From Anthoceros angustus (lineage: Eukaryota; Plantae; Anthocerotophyta): DNA of 64,000 nucleotides. Below, piece after piece: positions 1-14,159 of the stretch (the stretch's first letter is position 1; each line of letters starts with the position of its first letter). The notes beneath the pieces are model-generated. The model saw only the letters and a program-made list of their open reading frames with translations, was not told the DNA's origin and did no database searches. Made by a program: the position numbers and the translations under genes. The stretch is from positions 434,001 through 498,000 of the forward strand of contig MU008184.1 of the NCBI GenBank assembly GCA_010909165.1, given 5' to 3'.

Positions 1-14
1 CACTTACAGATATT

Positions 15-1786
15 TTGGCAGATACCAATGCTGGAAATTTGCCCGATAATGCAACTCCTGCTGAAGACAATATGGTTGATAATTCCATTAATGCTGATTT
101 TTCTGCTTTTACTAATTCCACTTCAACTGATCCCAGGGCCCTCCTTGCACATGCTCTACTCACGGTTGATGGTGAACCGGCTACATATCGTGAGGCATTG
201 GATGGACCCAATGGTGCTGAGTGGAAACTGCAATAGACAGTGAGTATAATTCCTTGCTTAAAAATCATATATGGGATTTAGTACAACTTCCTCCTGGTCT
301 TAAACCCATTCTGTGTAAATGGGTCTTTAAGACTAAATTAAATGCTCACTGTTCTATTGAATGCTATAAAACTAGACTTGTTGCTAAGGGCTATAGTCAG
401 GTAGTTGGCGTGGATTACCAAGAGACTTTTTCGCCGGTAGTTAAGACCCAATCCTTACGAGTACTTTTAGCCTTAGTCGCAGAATTGAATTTAGAGATCC
501 ATCAGATGGATGTTTGCACTGCATTCTTATATGGAGAACCAGAGGAGGAAATTTATATGAGGCAGCCCGAGGGTTATGAAGCTGCTAATGCGGAGTTAGT
601 TTGTAAGCTGCTGAAGTGCCTCTATGGCTTAAAACAGAGCGCTAATAAATGGTTTTATAAATGTGATGGTCGTCTTAAGTTTATTGGTTTTATTCAAAGC
701 CATGCTGATAGTAATGTTTATTACCTTGCGGACGACTCTAACTTTATCATTTTAGCATTATATGTTGACGACATATGTTTGTTTGGCACTAGTATGCAAA
801 TGATTAACTCCATGAAGGATATGTTAAGGGCCGAATTTGATATGAAGGATATTGGAGTTCTTCGATGGTGCCTCGGAATTCAAATTCTTCGTGATCGCCC
901 TAATGACCGCATTTTTATGCATCAACAAAAGTATGTAAGGGAAATTCTTACCCGCTTTAATATGCAATCAGCTCGGCCCGTATCGACTCCAGGGGCAGTT
1001 GGTATTCGGTTATCTTCTGAGGATTGCCCACAATCTATTGCTGAGTGTGAGGACATGCTTTCTATTCCTTATGCTGCTTGTGTGGGATGTCTCCTCTATC
1101 TGGCTAACTGGACTCGGCCGGATATTATGTATGCTGTTAACAGTGCTGCTCAATACCTTCAGAATCCGGGCAGGAAACATTGGGTAGCTGTGAAGAGGAT
1201 CCTGAGGTATGTGAGTGGTACTTCAGCATACGGCATCTGCTATAGTTCCACAGGTCGCAAACAATTTGAGCTAAGTGGTTTTGTGGATGCCGATTGGGCC
1301 TCAGACGCCGATACGTGGAAAAGCATTTCCGCGTATTGCTTTAAGTTAGCCGGCGCCTCCGTAAGCTGGCGATGTAAGAAGAAAACAAGTCTTGCCTTAA
1401 GCTCTACAGAGGCGGAATATAAAGCTCTTACGGAAGCAAGTAAAGAGGCTGAGTGGCAACGCTCACTCTTAAGTGATATGAAATGGCCCCAGCCCCAGCC
1501 TACCCTGCTTAATTGTGACAATATGTCGGCTATTGCATTAGTCGCTAATCCTCGTTATCATGCTCGTACGAAGCTTATTGTGTTATATCATCACTATATT
1601 CATGATATTACTTCACGAGGAGTGGTGGTGGTTACTTATATAAATACGGAGGATAATACTGCCGATATATTTACTAAGTCACTCCTCTCTTATAAACATA
1701 ATAAACATAGAGAAGGACTAGGAGTAGTTGACGGCAGTGACATAATCACCTTAGCAGCTAAGGAGGCAAAGTTAACCACAAAATAA
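15..1786 (+). mobile_element. Ty1/copia LTR retrotransposon pol 3' part (RT + RNase H); 5' part lies outside the window
   Basis: Copia motifs EPATYREAL, CKWVFKTK, YKTRLVAKGYSQ, QMDVCTAFLYG, LYVDD, FVDADWA, TEAEYKA, CDNMSAI, NTADIFTK. One 1-nt frameshift near 225 (EWK/TAIDSE) joins ORF 15..236 to ORF 221..1786. Confidence 0.97.
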
Positions 1787-1910
1787 CACCTTGCAAGCTT
1801 AAGTGGGAGCTACTCGAGTGACCAGAGTGGATGAATCAAATGTGTATTGGATCCAATCGTCTAGTCACTTAGTACGTAGTTCTATAAGCAGATCTTTGTG
1901 TGTCTAGAGC

Positions 1911-2151
1911 TGAGTGGGAGTGTGGAGATAGAACATCTCTAACCCATAAAGATAAACTAGGGTTAATTAGAAGTGTCGTTTCGATAACTTGATAAGTGAA
2001 CAATTTTGTTATTCTTTGTAATGAATGCAAGAGTCAAGTCTCGAGTTTGTCTCGTTTCTTCTCTTTTCACTGACGCTAGCTGCCGGTGAGAAGAAACGAC
2101 TTATTTGCTTGCACTATGGTTTTTGCTGTAGAGATGAGATGCACTTTAACA
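1911..2151 (+). mobile_element. Polypurine tract and putative 3' LTR (about 231 bp, 1921-2151) of the copia element
   Basis: PPT-like GAGTGGGAG ends at 1920, directly followed by TGT...; the segment ends TAACA at 2151. No 5' LTR is available for comparison. Confidence 0.65.
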
Positions 2152-2262
2152 GGCACCTGCAGGGGAAGCATACCCAGAGGTAGGCCAAAGTGTAGAGAAA
2201 CGGCTTGAATTGGCATCACGGAATCCAGCATGATGGCATGGAGCTCTATGCTTTATTGATGA

Positions 2263-2874
2263 ATGAGTGCAGGGCTCAGAAACAGCACGTGCTCAAGGCC
2301 AAGCAATTGTGGATTTAAGCCCGATGAAGCTCAAGCTCCGCCGCCGCCAGAATCACAGGCTCAACGTCAAGCTCCGACGCCGCCTGAGCCTCCGTCAGAC
2401 GACGAGAGCAGCAAGGGCCTGATTGCGAAGGTTTTAGCTGGAGTAGCCTCTGGGGTACTTCCTCTAAGCGTTGGACTCGGCTTGTTATTTCGTTTCGAAT
2501 TTCATATCAAATGTAATTGTTGTGGTGGATTTGAATCCGGGAAGAAAGGCCACAAGGATCCAGAAGCGCCGTCTGGATCCGGGAAGAATGTGCATGGGAA
2601 GGCCTGTGGCCATGGACGATCTCCGTCACAATCCCCATCTCCCCTGTTGTATAACACGAAAGCGGAAGGCATTGAGTACTATCCTGATGAACATGGCACT
2701 GGCAGTGTTTGGGTAGTTTGTAGTTTCGGAATATGGCACTGGTTCCCACTGTGTGAGTCCGTGGTCTCCGAGCTCCATGAAGAAGGGAGCAGGAGGGCCC
2801 GATTGTGGCCGACAATGTCACTTGGACTTTTTCCGGGCACCCGTACCCCTCAAATGTATGCTTCAGTGATATGA
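2263..2874 (+). CDS. Hypothetical Pro-rich single-pass membrane protein or exon
   Basis: 203-aa ORF with a Pro-rich tract followed by a hydrophobic helix (LIAKVLAGVASGVLPLSVGLGLLF). No family recognised. Confidence 0.3.
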   Translation: MSAGLRNSTCSRPSNCGFKPDEAQAPPPPESQAQRQAPTPPEPPSDDESSKGLIAKVLAGVASGVLPLSVGLGLLFRFEFHIKCNCCGGFESGKKGHKDPEAPSGSGKNVHGKACGHGRSPSQSPSPLLYNTKAEGIEYYPDEHGTGSVWVVCSFGIWHWFPLCESVVSELHEEGSRRARLWPTMSLGLFPGTRTPQMYASVI

Positions 2875-3279
2875 TTGAACTGCCTCAGCTGCCTCCGGGA
2901 TGAATTGATCAGGTCACCAGGGACTGTACATGTGAACCTGCTCTGATGCCGCTGGAGTGACTTGGATTCTTCCTGGCTTGGTTGATGATTGCTTCCGGGC
3001 ACCTGGCCCGTGATTTGTTTTTAGCTGTTATGCTTGAGAGGGAAGAAAGTGCACCGGTGATTATGCGCTTTCACAGGTGCGCTTTCTTCCACTCAGGAGT
3101 ACTACAATCGGATCCAGGGTTCGGGGCTCACAGTGTACAGCTTCCTCTCGTTTCTTATGCAAGTGGGCAGATTTCCGCAATCCAACTTCTTGGAAATATT
3201 GGCAACATCCCTAAGTTATGTTGCGTAGGTTGGTTAGACTGGAGTATCAAGAAGCAGAAAGGCAATAGGGCGGGTCCAT

Positions 3280-3510
3280 TAGACGCATGCCTTGTGCAGG
3301 TGGTACTGGTTCACAGCCCCATCGCAATTGTTTCCATGAACAATTTTCCCCGCCAAGTCACACGTCAGAGGTGATGGACAGGGTACCTTGGGTTTCAAAA
3401 TGTGAAGTGATATCAGTCACCGAAACATCGCACAAACCTCGAATGTGGGAAAAGATGTCCCAAATGCTGGGACCCCGGCCACCTTCTGCGGCACCCTCAA
3501 CCTACAAAAT
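3280..3510 (-). pseudogene. Degraded GH1 beta-glucosidase paralog fragment (exons 2-3 equivalent)
   Basis: Reverse complement encodes [20 protein letters not shown] and GKIVHGNNCDGAVNQYHLHK, matching the intact gene at about 7735-7965. Confidence 0.8.
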
Positions 3511-4129
3511 CCATTACAGAGCATCTGGATTTCAATCAAGGGAAATCCGCTCGGCAAGGCGCCCTGTCCTAAGCAAAGGGACCCATGATAGCCGAAGGAC
3601 AGCTTTGGTCCACGATGTTTGATCCCTTAATATTTATACTTTCAACCTAAACCTTGGTAGTCGAGTTCCATCCACATAGTTAAAAGCTTTTTTACTAGAT
3701 AAAATATTGATTATATTCAAATACCTCCTACATATGTCCATTTCAGAGCATCTAAATTCTATATATATATTTAAAGTAATAATCCATAATACATCTATTT
3801 AATATTTAGCAAACATATTACCAGTTATCAAGTCCAAGTAATAATTTTTAATCATTAAATTTTAGTAATATAAAATAATTACATGATTTTTAGGTATATC
3901 CTCTTTATTCTAAAAATAAAGAATATTCACTTCCATCAGTCTTCGGTTATGTATCATATTCATCTTTTAGGAACAAGTGATTATATTTAACTATTAAAGC
4001 ATAGTAAAACTAAAAACAACTTACTTCTTATGCATATTATAGTCTTTGCAAGACGACTTCCACAGTAGAAATAAAACAATTAACTATCTAGGTCCTAAAA
4101 TGATTATAATTTCTAAAGCATAATTTATT

Positions 4130-4468
4130 ACTGCCATATTTTGTGTCATTCTTGCGTTTTTATGCTTTTGTATAATTGTACTACGCCGATGGGGTGTTCT
4201 TCATTTGGCATTATTAGCCGTACCACGTTTGGCCCAACATAGATAACACCCACTCAACATGGCCAAATTGGAGGAAAGTATTCTAGGCATATTATATGAG
4301 AAGGAGGTAGATATTGATGAAGAATGCTCATTATGTCTCTTTATGTTGGAAGAAGGACAGGAAGTTAGAAAATTGCCAAACGGTTTTCATTCCATCCATC
4401 GGGGATGTATTGATCAATGGTTCTCCACTTCAATGACTTGTCCCCTTATAGGATCCCTCTTGATATGA
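4130..4468 (+). pseudogene. Degenerate ATL-type RING-H2 E3 ligase (TM segment + RING-H2) in an AT-rich island
   Basis: ECSLCL...EVRKLP...HSIHRGCIDQWF...TCPL resembles RING-H2 but lacks the LPxC Cys and the final Cys. An upstream hydrophobic segment is separated from it by a stop. Confidence 0.65.
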
Positions 4469-5402
4469 GTAATACACCAATGCCCATACCCAATCTAGTG
4501 GACATGATCATAAGGAGATGAATGTTTATTCATAGGGTAGGACTATTATCAACAGTTCCAAAGATGCAAGTCTATCCATAGTGCAACATTGTTTATGAGA
4601 AGCTAAAAGGCTAGTCATAAGGTATAAGGTAGAGCTGCTCTTTCCCTTGCAGGGGGCTAGCGCTGACGTAGGGATTGATGCCCTGATTGTAAATTTGTCC
4701 TTGTTTTAATCAAGATGTTTTAATGTGATACGCTTCACGAAGTTCACATTCGCCTTCGTTTGGAAAAGCAGCTTCACATTTCGCGGATGCGGCGACGGCA
4801 GGTCACCACATAAAGCTGTCGCAAAACCGCGAACTTCTGATTTCACCGCACGATCATGGTCGCCTTCACCCGCGTCGCCTTGCTGCTAATTTTGCCAGGA
4901 TGCAATGCCGTGCCCAGTAGAGGCGCGGATGTGTGGGTGACATACCCGGATCGGAGCCTGGGAACTCCGCTGCCGGCAACTTCATCGCTGCGGCTTTCCT
5001 GGACGCTGACGGCCGGAAGATCGTTGTTGTATGCAACCAGGGATCCTCTGCTGCAGCCTTTAAGCTCATTTGGCAGGGATGCTCCGTTTAACAGGAGCTC
5101 CCTGCTTCTGGAGTCGCAATCGTGATATGGGCAGATGAGTAGCGACAATATCTTGTTATCACCAACAATGCTGTAGAGTAGGTGACTGGCTTCAAAAAGC
5201 CCGTCCTAAAGCCCCTCACCTACTCTAGGAGTGAAGTTATCTCACCTACTTCGTGGGATGGGCCATACAGTGGTTTTGTCTTCATATCTACACAAAGGAT
5301 ATCCTGTCTGTATGCTTCGCTACAATACCTCTTCCCATTTTAAAGAATTGTACAAGAGAATCTCTCCTCATGTAAAAAATGTCCTACCCAGCTGCCCACT
5401 GG

Positions 5403-8263
<2,861 letters not shown>

Positions 8264-9078
8264 GAAAAAAAAGATGGAACGGCGCTTGAGCTTCGCCCAC
8301 AGGCTCTATCCAGCACAAATCACCCACCTCGCAATCGAAGGATCTCACAGACCTTGCGAGAGGCAGCGGGGGTCGCCATTGCGGCAGCACGGAAAGCCAT
8401 TGCAATTATTGGGGAATAGAGTGGCAGCAGGTTTTAAAGCACGGTGGTGGTTCCGCCATGGGCCACCCACCAGCGTTGGGTCCATCCCCTTTGGCGTGTG
8501 GGGGAATAATTGTGAATTCGGATTGCCCACAGAGCAGAATCCAGATCAATAATGCAAAGACCGAGGTAGCCTCCGAATCAGCGGCCGCCGCAAAGCGACC
8601 GATGAATTATCCAACCCGGTGACAGACCAAATAGTCATAGCCAATCCCCGGCAGAGCAGGTCGGGGTGGGGAACAACCCACTTGCGACGCACGGCACGGG
8701 ATCCTGATCCATTGGGATATCCGACAAACGACCCCCGACAAGCGCAACTTGAAACTCGCAAGCGTCGCTCCCGAACACGGCACGGGATTCAACACAGGAT
8801 TCAACACAAGATCCAATCATCGGACCAACTTCGATGGCCTGCATTGACATACCCTGGCATGCATGTCAACACTCAACATGTAGCGAAATGGATGTGGCTG
8901 CCTAGCAGCAAATGCATCCCGGCCATGGACGGTGGACTTGGGGGACAAAATGAAGACCTTCTGACAATCAGCACCTCTATGCCTTAGAACGTGTATTATG
9001 CTATAAACACTCTGGCTCTGTTGTGCTTTGCAGGCTTGTTGCCAGGTGTTGCCATCACTGAGGTTCTCAAGCTCTGTT

Positions 9079-9338
9079 GGGCCATTTGCATCTCCTTCGC
9101 GCTGTGCACAGACAGGCATCCAGCAATATCACCTCCACAGCTTTGCTCTTGGTGGGCCGGTGGGGTCTGGGAGGCTGGTGGGGTCTGATGAGAGCAATAG
9201 CACTCACTGTGATACTGAGATGAATTCTTGTCAGGGAAAAGGTTAGTGCGGAAATAGGCTCATACGGAATCGCAGAATGACAACGTTGTGGTCCCAGGAG
9301 CACGATCTTGTGTGAACAGCATTGCCAGGAAATTCAGG
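9079..9338 (-). pseudogene. Relic of the 3' end and 3' UTR of a nitroreductase paralog
   Basis: Aligns by eye with 12613-12878 and encodes PEFPGNAVH...DHNVVIL. Confidence 0.8.
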
Positions 9339-9344
9339 AAATTT

Positions 9345-9760
9345 AGCTAACAGCGTGAGGACTTTGTGCCCGAGCACTTGCTGAGCATGTCCTGTGAGCA
9401 TAGCTTTTCCAAGTGATCACATCCCGTGTGACCAGATTGTCAACACTCTGCGAGCACCCGCTAAGCTTCCACGTTTTGCATACATGTCCACCAGGCAGCT
9501 ACCAACAAATAAATTGGGCTCATCTGGCCTCCTCACAAACATCAGCATGAACCTGCCTGCCCGATGTCAAATCGGATGCACTGGCACATGCTTTAAGAGC
9601 AGCCACAAAGGTGTGATTGTCTGGCATCACTGTTGACTGCCGCATGTGCCAGAACATCTCCATGGCTTCAGTAGGCTGTCCATGATCAGTGTATGCCACA
9701 ATACTGGAAGGCCATGAATAAGCAATCGATTCCAGACAAGCAGTTCGTCCGGGAGGGATC
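9345..9760 (-). pseudogene. PLS-class PPR fragment
   Basis: WPSSIVAYTDHGQPTEAMEMFWHM, DNHTFVAALKACAS, NLFVGSCLVDMYAKRG, with frameshifts and stops. Confidence 0.85.
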
Positions 9761-10295
9761 TTCTCCGCGCTCACCAAGATGCAGCAGGAGGAGGAGCCTG
9801 CCGGGGCCAAGCTGGAGGAAGGCTTGCAAAATGCTGCCGTGCAAGCCTGAGCACGCAGCACTCTCCTCTTTGGCTTACCTCACCGATAGATCGGGCTCCT
9901 GCAAAACTGGTCGGTAGGAGGGGAAGCTCTGGTGCGGTGGTGGTGAAGGTGGAGCGAAGCAGCGAAGCTTAATTCCACATTGCCGAAGGCTCAAACACAT
10001 CCTTTCCTGCAAGGCTGGCAACCATCGTGTGCTCAAAGTTGTCTATCGTTATTGTCTCTGCGAACCCAGCCTTGAGTATCTCGAGCTTCTCTGTTCTTTC
10101 AATATGGCGTGCACGCCATCCGCTTGCCGGGACCTGTCCTCAGTCCCCATAAACCTAACCCATTCGGTAGCTACGTGCACGAAGCCTGAGGCAGGCCTAT
10201 GTAGGTATTTACTTAAACAAACTTTGCGAGGGCGAGTGTCTTTTGGCTCCCTTCAGTCTAAAGGGCCTGAGGTTTATGAGGCTGAGGTCTGTAAT

Positions 10296-10503
10296 GTGTG
10301 TCCAAATGACTTAGGCAAGGTGGACAAACAGTTATAAGAACGTCGTTATTAAGCATCCTGCGATGATTGATACTTAGATTAAGCATACTTAGATAGGGTG
10401 CCTAAAGGGAATGGATGCCCTTGGTGTAAGTAGCTTAGGCACACCATGGTACAAGTTGTCAAGTACCAATTCTCATAATGGAAATCTGTCCATAGTAGAC
10501 TTA
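10296..10503. repeat. Dispersed repeat, copy 1 (copy 2 at about 39950-40146)
   Basis: Shared blocks GTCCAAAT..CTTAGGC, GAACG.CGTTATTAA, CTTAGAT, TTAGGCACACCA and GTACCAATT.TCAT occur in the same order in both copies. Confidence 0.7.
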
Positions 10504-11418
10504 AATAAAATGCTTCTTCTTCTTCTGTTGAACATAACTGAGTACGCTTTCAGATGTGACCTTGTGAGGGACGGGCTGTAATGTTACCAGTTATTCAAGA
10601 TGGACTAATCTTTTAAGTATTAGGAGGGTGGTTGTTGTAGATAAATTAATAGAGAGTAAAGTATATATTTTTTGGTGAACTCAAAATTCAGACTACCGAT
10701 ACTCTTAGTGGACAGAAGGTCACTGTCCTTGTAAACCAAGAAGTGTAAAGAACTGCATACCTCAGAATATTTGTGTATTGTATATTACAAACTTGTGTTT
10801 CGGCATGGTGTGGAAACTTTGTACGCAAGAAGCACTCTGTAACACTTTAGATCGTGGCCCACGTGTTGACCATTGTTGTTTCCTTGGGGAATGAGTGCTA
10901 CAATGCAGTTTTTTCGTTATGAATTAAAAAACACTATTCACTAATCTTAGTAAAGAATCAAAGAAATATTATTCTCGTGTTGTATTGTGTTGGATCATCA
11001 CAAAATGTATAGTATTTGATCATCACAAATTTTTTTTGTGTTGGATCATTCCAAAAATTATCATCCCAAGTTAAATATCCAACATAGCCTCTACAATGTT
11101 TTGACTGGGGTCAGATGTTGAAATAGTTATCAGATCCTCGGACACGTGACATGACGGTTGCCCTACTATTAAAAAGGTACCCTTGTTGCGTAGTGGCATC
11201 ATGCATTATTGTTGTATTCTCATTAAATTCTCATAATTTGAATTCCATTAACAGAGTATACAAAACTTTAAACAAAGGCAACATCATAACTATTACGATA
11301 CAGCGACTCTTGCCTTTGAACTCATGCTGAGGAGCCCGGCCCCAAATATATGGGACAAGAAGAAAAATCTAACCATTTTAAAAAACCCTAGAAAAAACAT
11401 AAAACATATTATCCTCCC

Positions 11419-11973
11419 CTACACATCATCTTGCTCCACATTAACATGACTAGAGTTTAAAAGCGATGGATGTGCCGGAGATGGTGTATCAGTTCTAGCC
11501 GTAAGACCATAAGCAGAATCAGATGGTGTATTAGGGATAGACACTCTAGTGTAGTAACATTGTACACTACAATAGTCCCACATAGTGTTTAGAAGGTTAT
11601 GCAGGCAAACTATGCACCTTTTCGTCATAGGTATACGCGTCCTGCTCCTTTCCGTATGTTGCTTTCGAAACAACGTGTATTCATAGTTGTTGCATAAATT
11701 AGTAAATTTGATGCCACTATTGTCAATATCCACTCCTTGAGCTCTAAGTGTAGCTGTCTTGCATCCAAATCCTCTTCTGTCACATATAAAGCATTGCACG
11801 CAATTGTGACCGCCGTGGTGATTCTTCACACATAGGTTGCAGCAAAGCATGGAATTGTTACATGTTGTACAATAATAATTGCACTTTTTGCCGTGTTCAT
11901 CACATTTTGAAAAACTATCACATGTGATATCCTGCACCGAAAGTAGGCCTTGCATCCAACTTGGAAGCTCCAT
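11419..11973 (-). CDS. Divergent intronless PLATZ-like zinc-binding protein
   Basis: MELPSWMQGLL N-terminus; C-x2-H...C-x2-C-x6-C-x2-C-x4-H-x2-H and C-x2-C-x11-C-x3-C, the two PLATZ zinc-binding regions. Confidence 0.75.
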   Translation of the reverse strand: MELPSWMQGLLSVQDITCDSFSKCDEHGKKCNYYCTTCNNSMLCCNLCVKNHHGGHNCVQCFICDRRGFGCKTATLRAQGVDIDNSGIKFTNLCNNYEYTLFRKQHTERSRTRIPMTKRCIVCLHNLLNTMWDYCSVQCYYTRVSIPNTPSDSAYGLTARTDTPSPAHPSLLNSSHVNVEQDDV

Positions 11974-12439
11974 AACAAGTTACCTATGAATGCATAAAAT
12001 AGATCATGATATGTAGCAATAATTCAAATAACAAATAAATCATGATGCTGATTTCAATTAAAACATTTCTTACCCAAATGAGTTGCTCCCCACACACATA
12101 TATAGTCTTAATTCTTTTATGTGTCGAGATTAGAGATTATGTAAAGCGATATGTCCATGGATATCTTCAGGGGCTTTAAAGAAATTTTGAGTTGTTTAAC
12201 ATATTATATCATGGTAATTTGAGAAATAAAAGATGATATATGTGACTATGAGTACTAGACCTTTTGCCTCAAATAGATATCGAGTTATCAAATAGATATA
12301 AATAACTATACTAAAATATTTAATTATAAAATAATTTAAATCTATATCAAATATTTATATGAATAAAAACCCTAATTATGAAAGTGATTGAAATCCAAAA
12401 GTGGACTAACAAAGTTGGTCGATCAAAAGAAAAAGCTGA

Positions 12440-12545
12440 AAAGACAAACCATTCTGGACTAAAGAACCGAGATTGCAAACCATTTTTAGAGATAAAACCA
12501 GATCGAAACATTGATGGTTACAAAAGAAACCAGTTGCAATAGTCC
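12440..12545 (+). mobile_element. Possible very degraded copia RT fragment
   Basis: IKPDRNIDGYK...PVAIG weakly resembles IKxKPDGSIDRYKARLVAKG. Confidence 0.3.
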
Positions 12546-12799
12546 ATACCATGCTTGTGTTGTGAAAACTATCGCTGCGAGCCGCCGGGGCATGTAAAGA
12601 GGAATGAGAACTGGGCCATTTGCATTTCCTTACTCCTGTGCACAGACAGGCATTCACTCGTGTGCCTGTACAGACACGCATTCAGAAATATCACCTCTAC
12701 TGCTTTGAATCTGGGTGTTTGATGAGAGCAATAGCAACCAGAGAGAGTACTGAGAGGAATTCTTGTCAGGAAGAAGCCACGGTACGTGCGGAAATAGAC

Positions 12800-13456
12800 T
12801 CATAAGGAGTCCAGAATAACAACGTTGTGGTCCACAGGAGCACGATCGATGTGCACAGCGTTCCCAGGAAATTCAGGGTCGGAGTAGCCGATGGCCACGC
12901 CGCAGATGATGGCCAGCTCAGGGGAGATGTCCAACTCCCTGCGAAGCACGTCGGGGTAGCCGGCCACGGACACCTCGCAGATGGAACCGACTCCGCGGGC
13001 GGTGAGGGCCAGCAACAGGGTTTGCACGTACATCCCGACGCTCATGGAATCCGCGCGGCCCAGAGCCTGGTGGATGCAGATGATGGCCACCACGGGCGCC
13101 CCGAAGAATTCGTAATTCCGCAGCACCGCCGCAGCTCTGCCAGCTTTGTCATCTCGAGCGATTCCCATGGCGCCGTACACCTTGGCCCCCAGCTCCTGCC
13201 GGTAGTGCTTGAACTCCTCCGGCAGCGGTGGGATGTCGGGCGCCCCTTTGCTAGCTTCCTCCAGCAAGGCTTCTTTCAGCCGGTCGCGCCGGGGGCCTTC
13301 CGCAATCACCACGTGCCATGGCTGGATGTTGGAATTGGACGGTGCGCACTGTGCTAGCTCCAGGGCTTCCAGCAGCACCGCTCGAGGCACCGGCTGGGAC
13401 AGAAATTTGCGAGTGGAGTGCCGCGCTCTGATGGTTTGCTCCAGATCCGCCCCCAT
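12800..13456 (-). CDS. Nitroreductase family FMN-dependent oxidoreductase, intronless, microbial type
   Basis: 218 aa from ATG 13456: IRARHSTRKF (FMN-binding RxSxRxF), APSNSNIQPWHVV, FFGAPV, QTLLLALTARGVGS, CGVAIGY. Confidence 0.92.
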   Translation of the reverse strand: MGADLEQTIRARHSTRKFLSQPVPRAVLLEALELAQCAPSNSNIQPWHVVIAEGPRRDRLKEALLEEASKGAPDIPPLPEEFKHYRQELGAKVYGAMGIARDDKAGRAAAVLRNYEFFGAPVVAIICIHQALGRADSMSVGMYVQTLLLALTARGVGSICEVSVAGYPDVLRRELDISPELAIICGVAIGYSDPEFPGNAVHIDRAPVDHNVVILDSL

Positions 13457-14159
13457 TTTGCTGCTGCACTGCGCCTCACTCCCGACTCCTATGCACACAC
13501 AAGCTCGGGTGGTCTGTCAGCTGGCCTCTCGTACACCCAAGGACGAGAGGATGCTCCACAGGATGCTCCAAGGGAAGCTACTGAGGAAACTCCTGAGGGA
13601 TGGTCTGGTTACGTGTACAATGGTACAATGCTGCTGGAACCCATCATACAAGACAGCATCTGTCAGTGCATACGGTCCCTACCCTGCAAACAGCCTGCTC
13701 TCCTGACGGTAACAATATTCTGCATGATTTCAAAGACGGGTGACCACTGGACCTGGTACATGGGGAACCGGGCACCTGCCATGCTATAGAAGAAGAAGAA
13801 TTTTATGCTATAGATGCGTGCATATGTAGACTCGACTTGCCCAAGACCGACTTCATCGTGCATACTACAAAACAGAATATGGGGCTCAAACATAGTTGTC
13901 GTTCCATTTTGAGGACACCGTTTCAATTGTTTGCCTTTGCTTCCGATCCGACGGAGGTATTCCAGCAGCAGGTGTATCCCTATGGTGGTGCCAGCCGAGC
14001 CGTGCTCTGGAAGCTATTGTGGTCTGTGACACGAAGCTTGAGTTTCTCTGGCGAGTATAGTAGGGGGGCTCAAACATATCGTTGCCGTGCTTGTCTTCCT
14101 CTTATTGCTTTCAAATTAGGCGTTAGACAAACCTCCAGATCCACAACCGATCTTTATGA

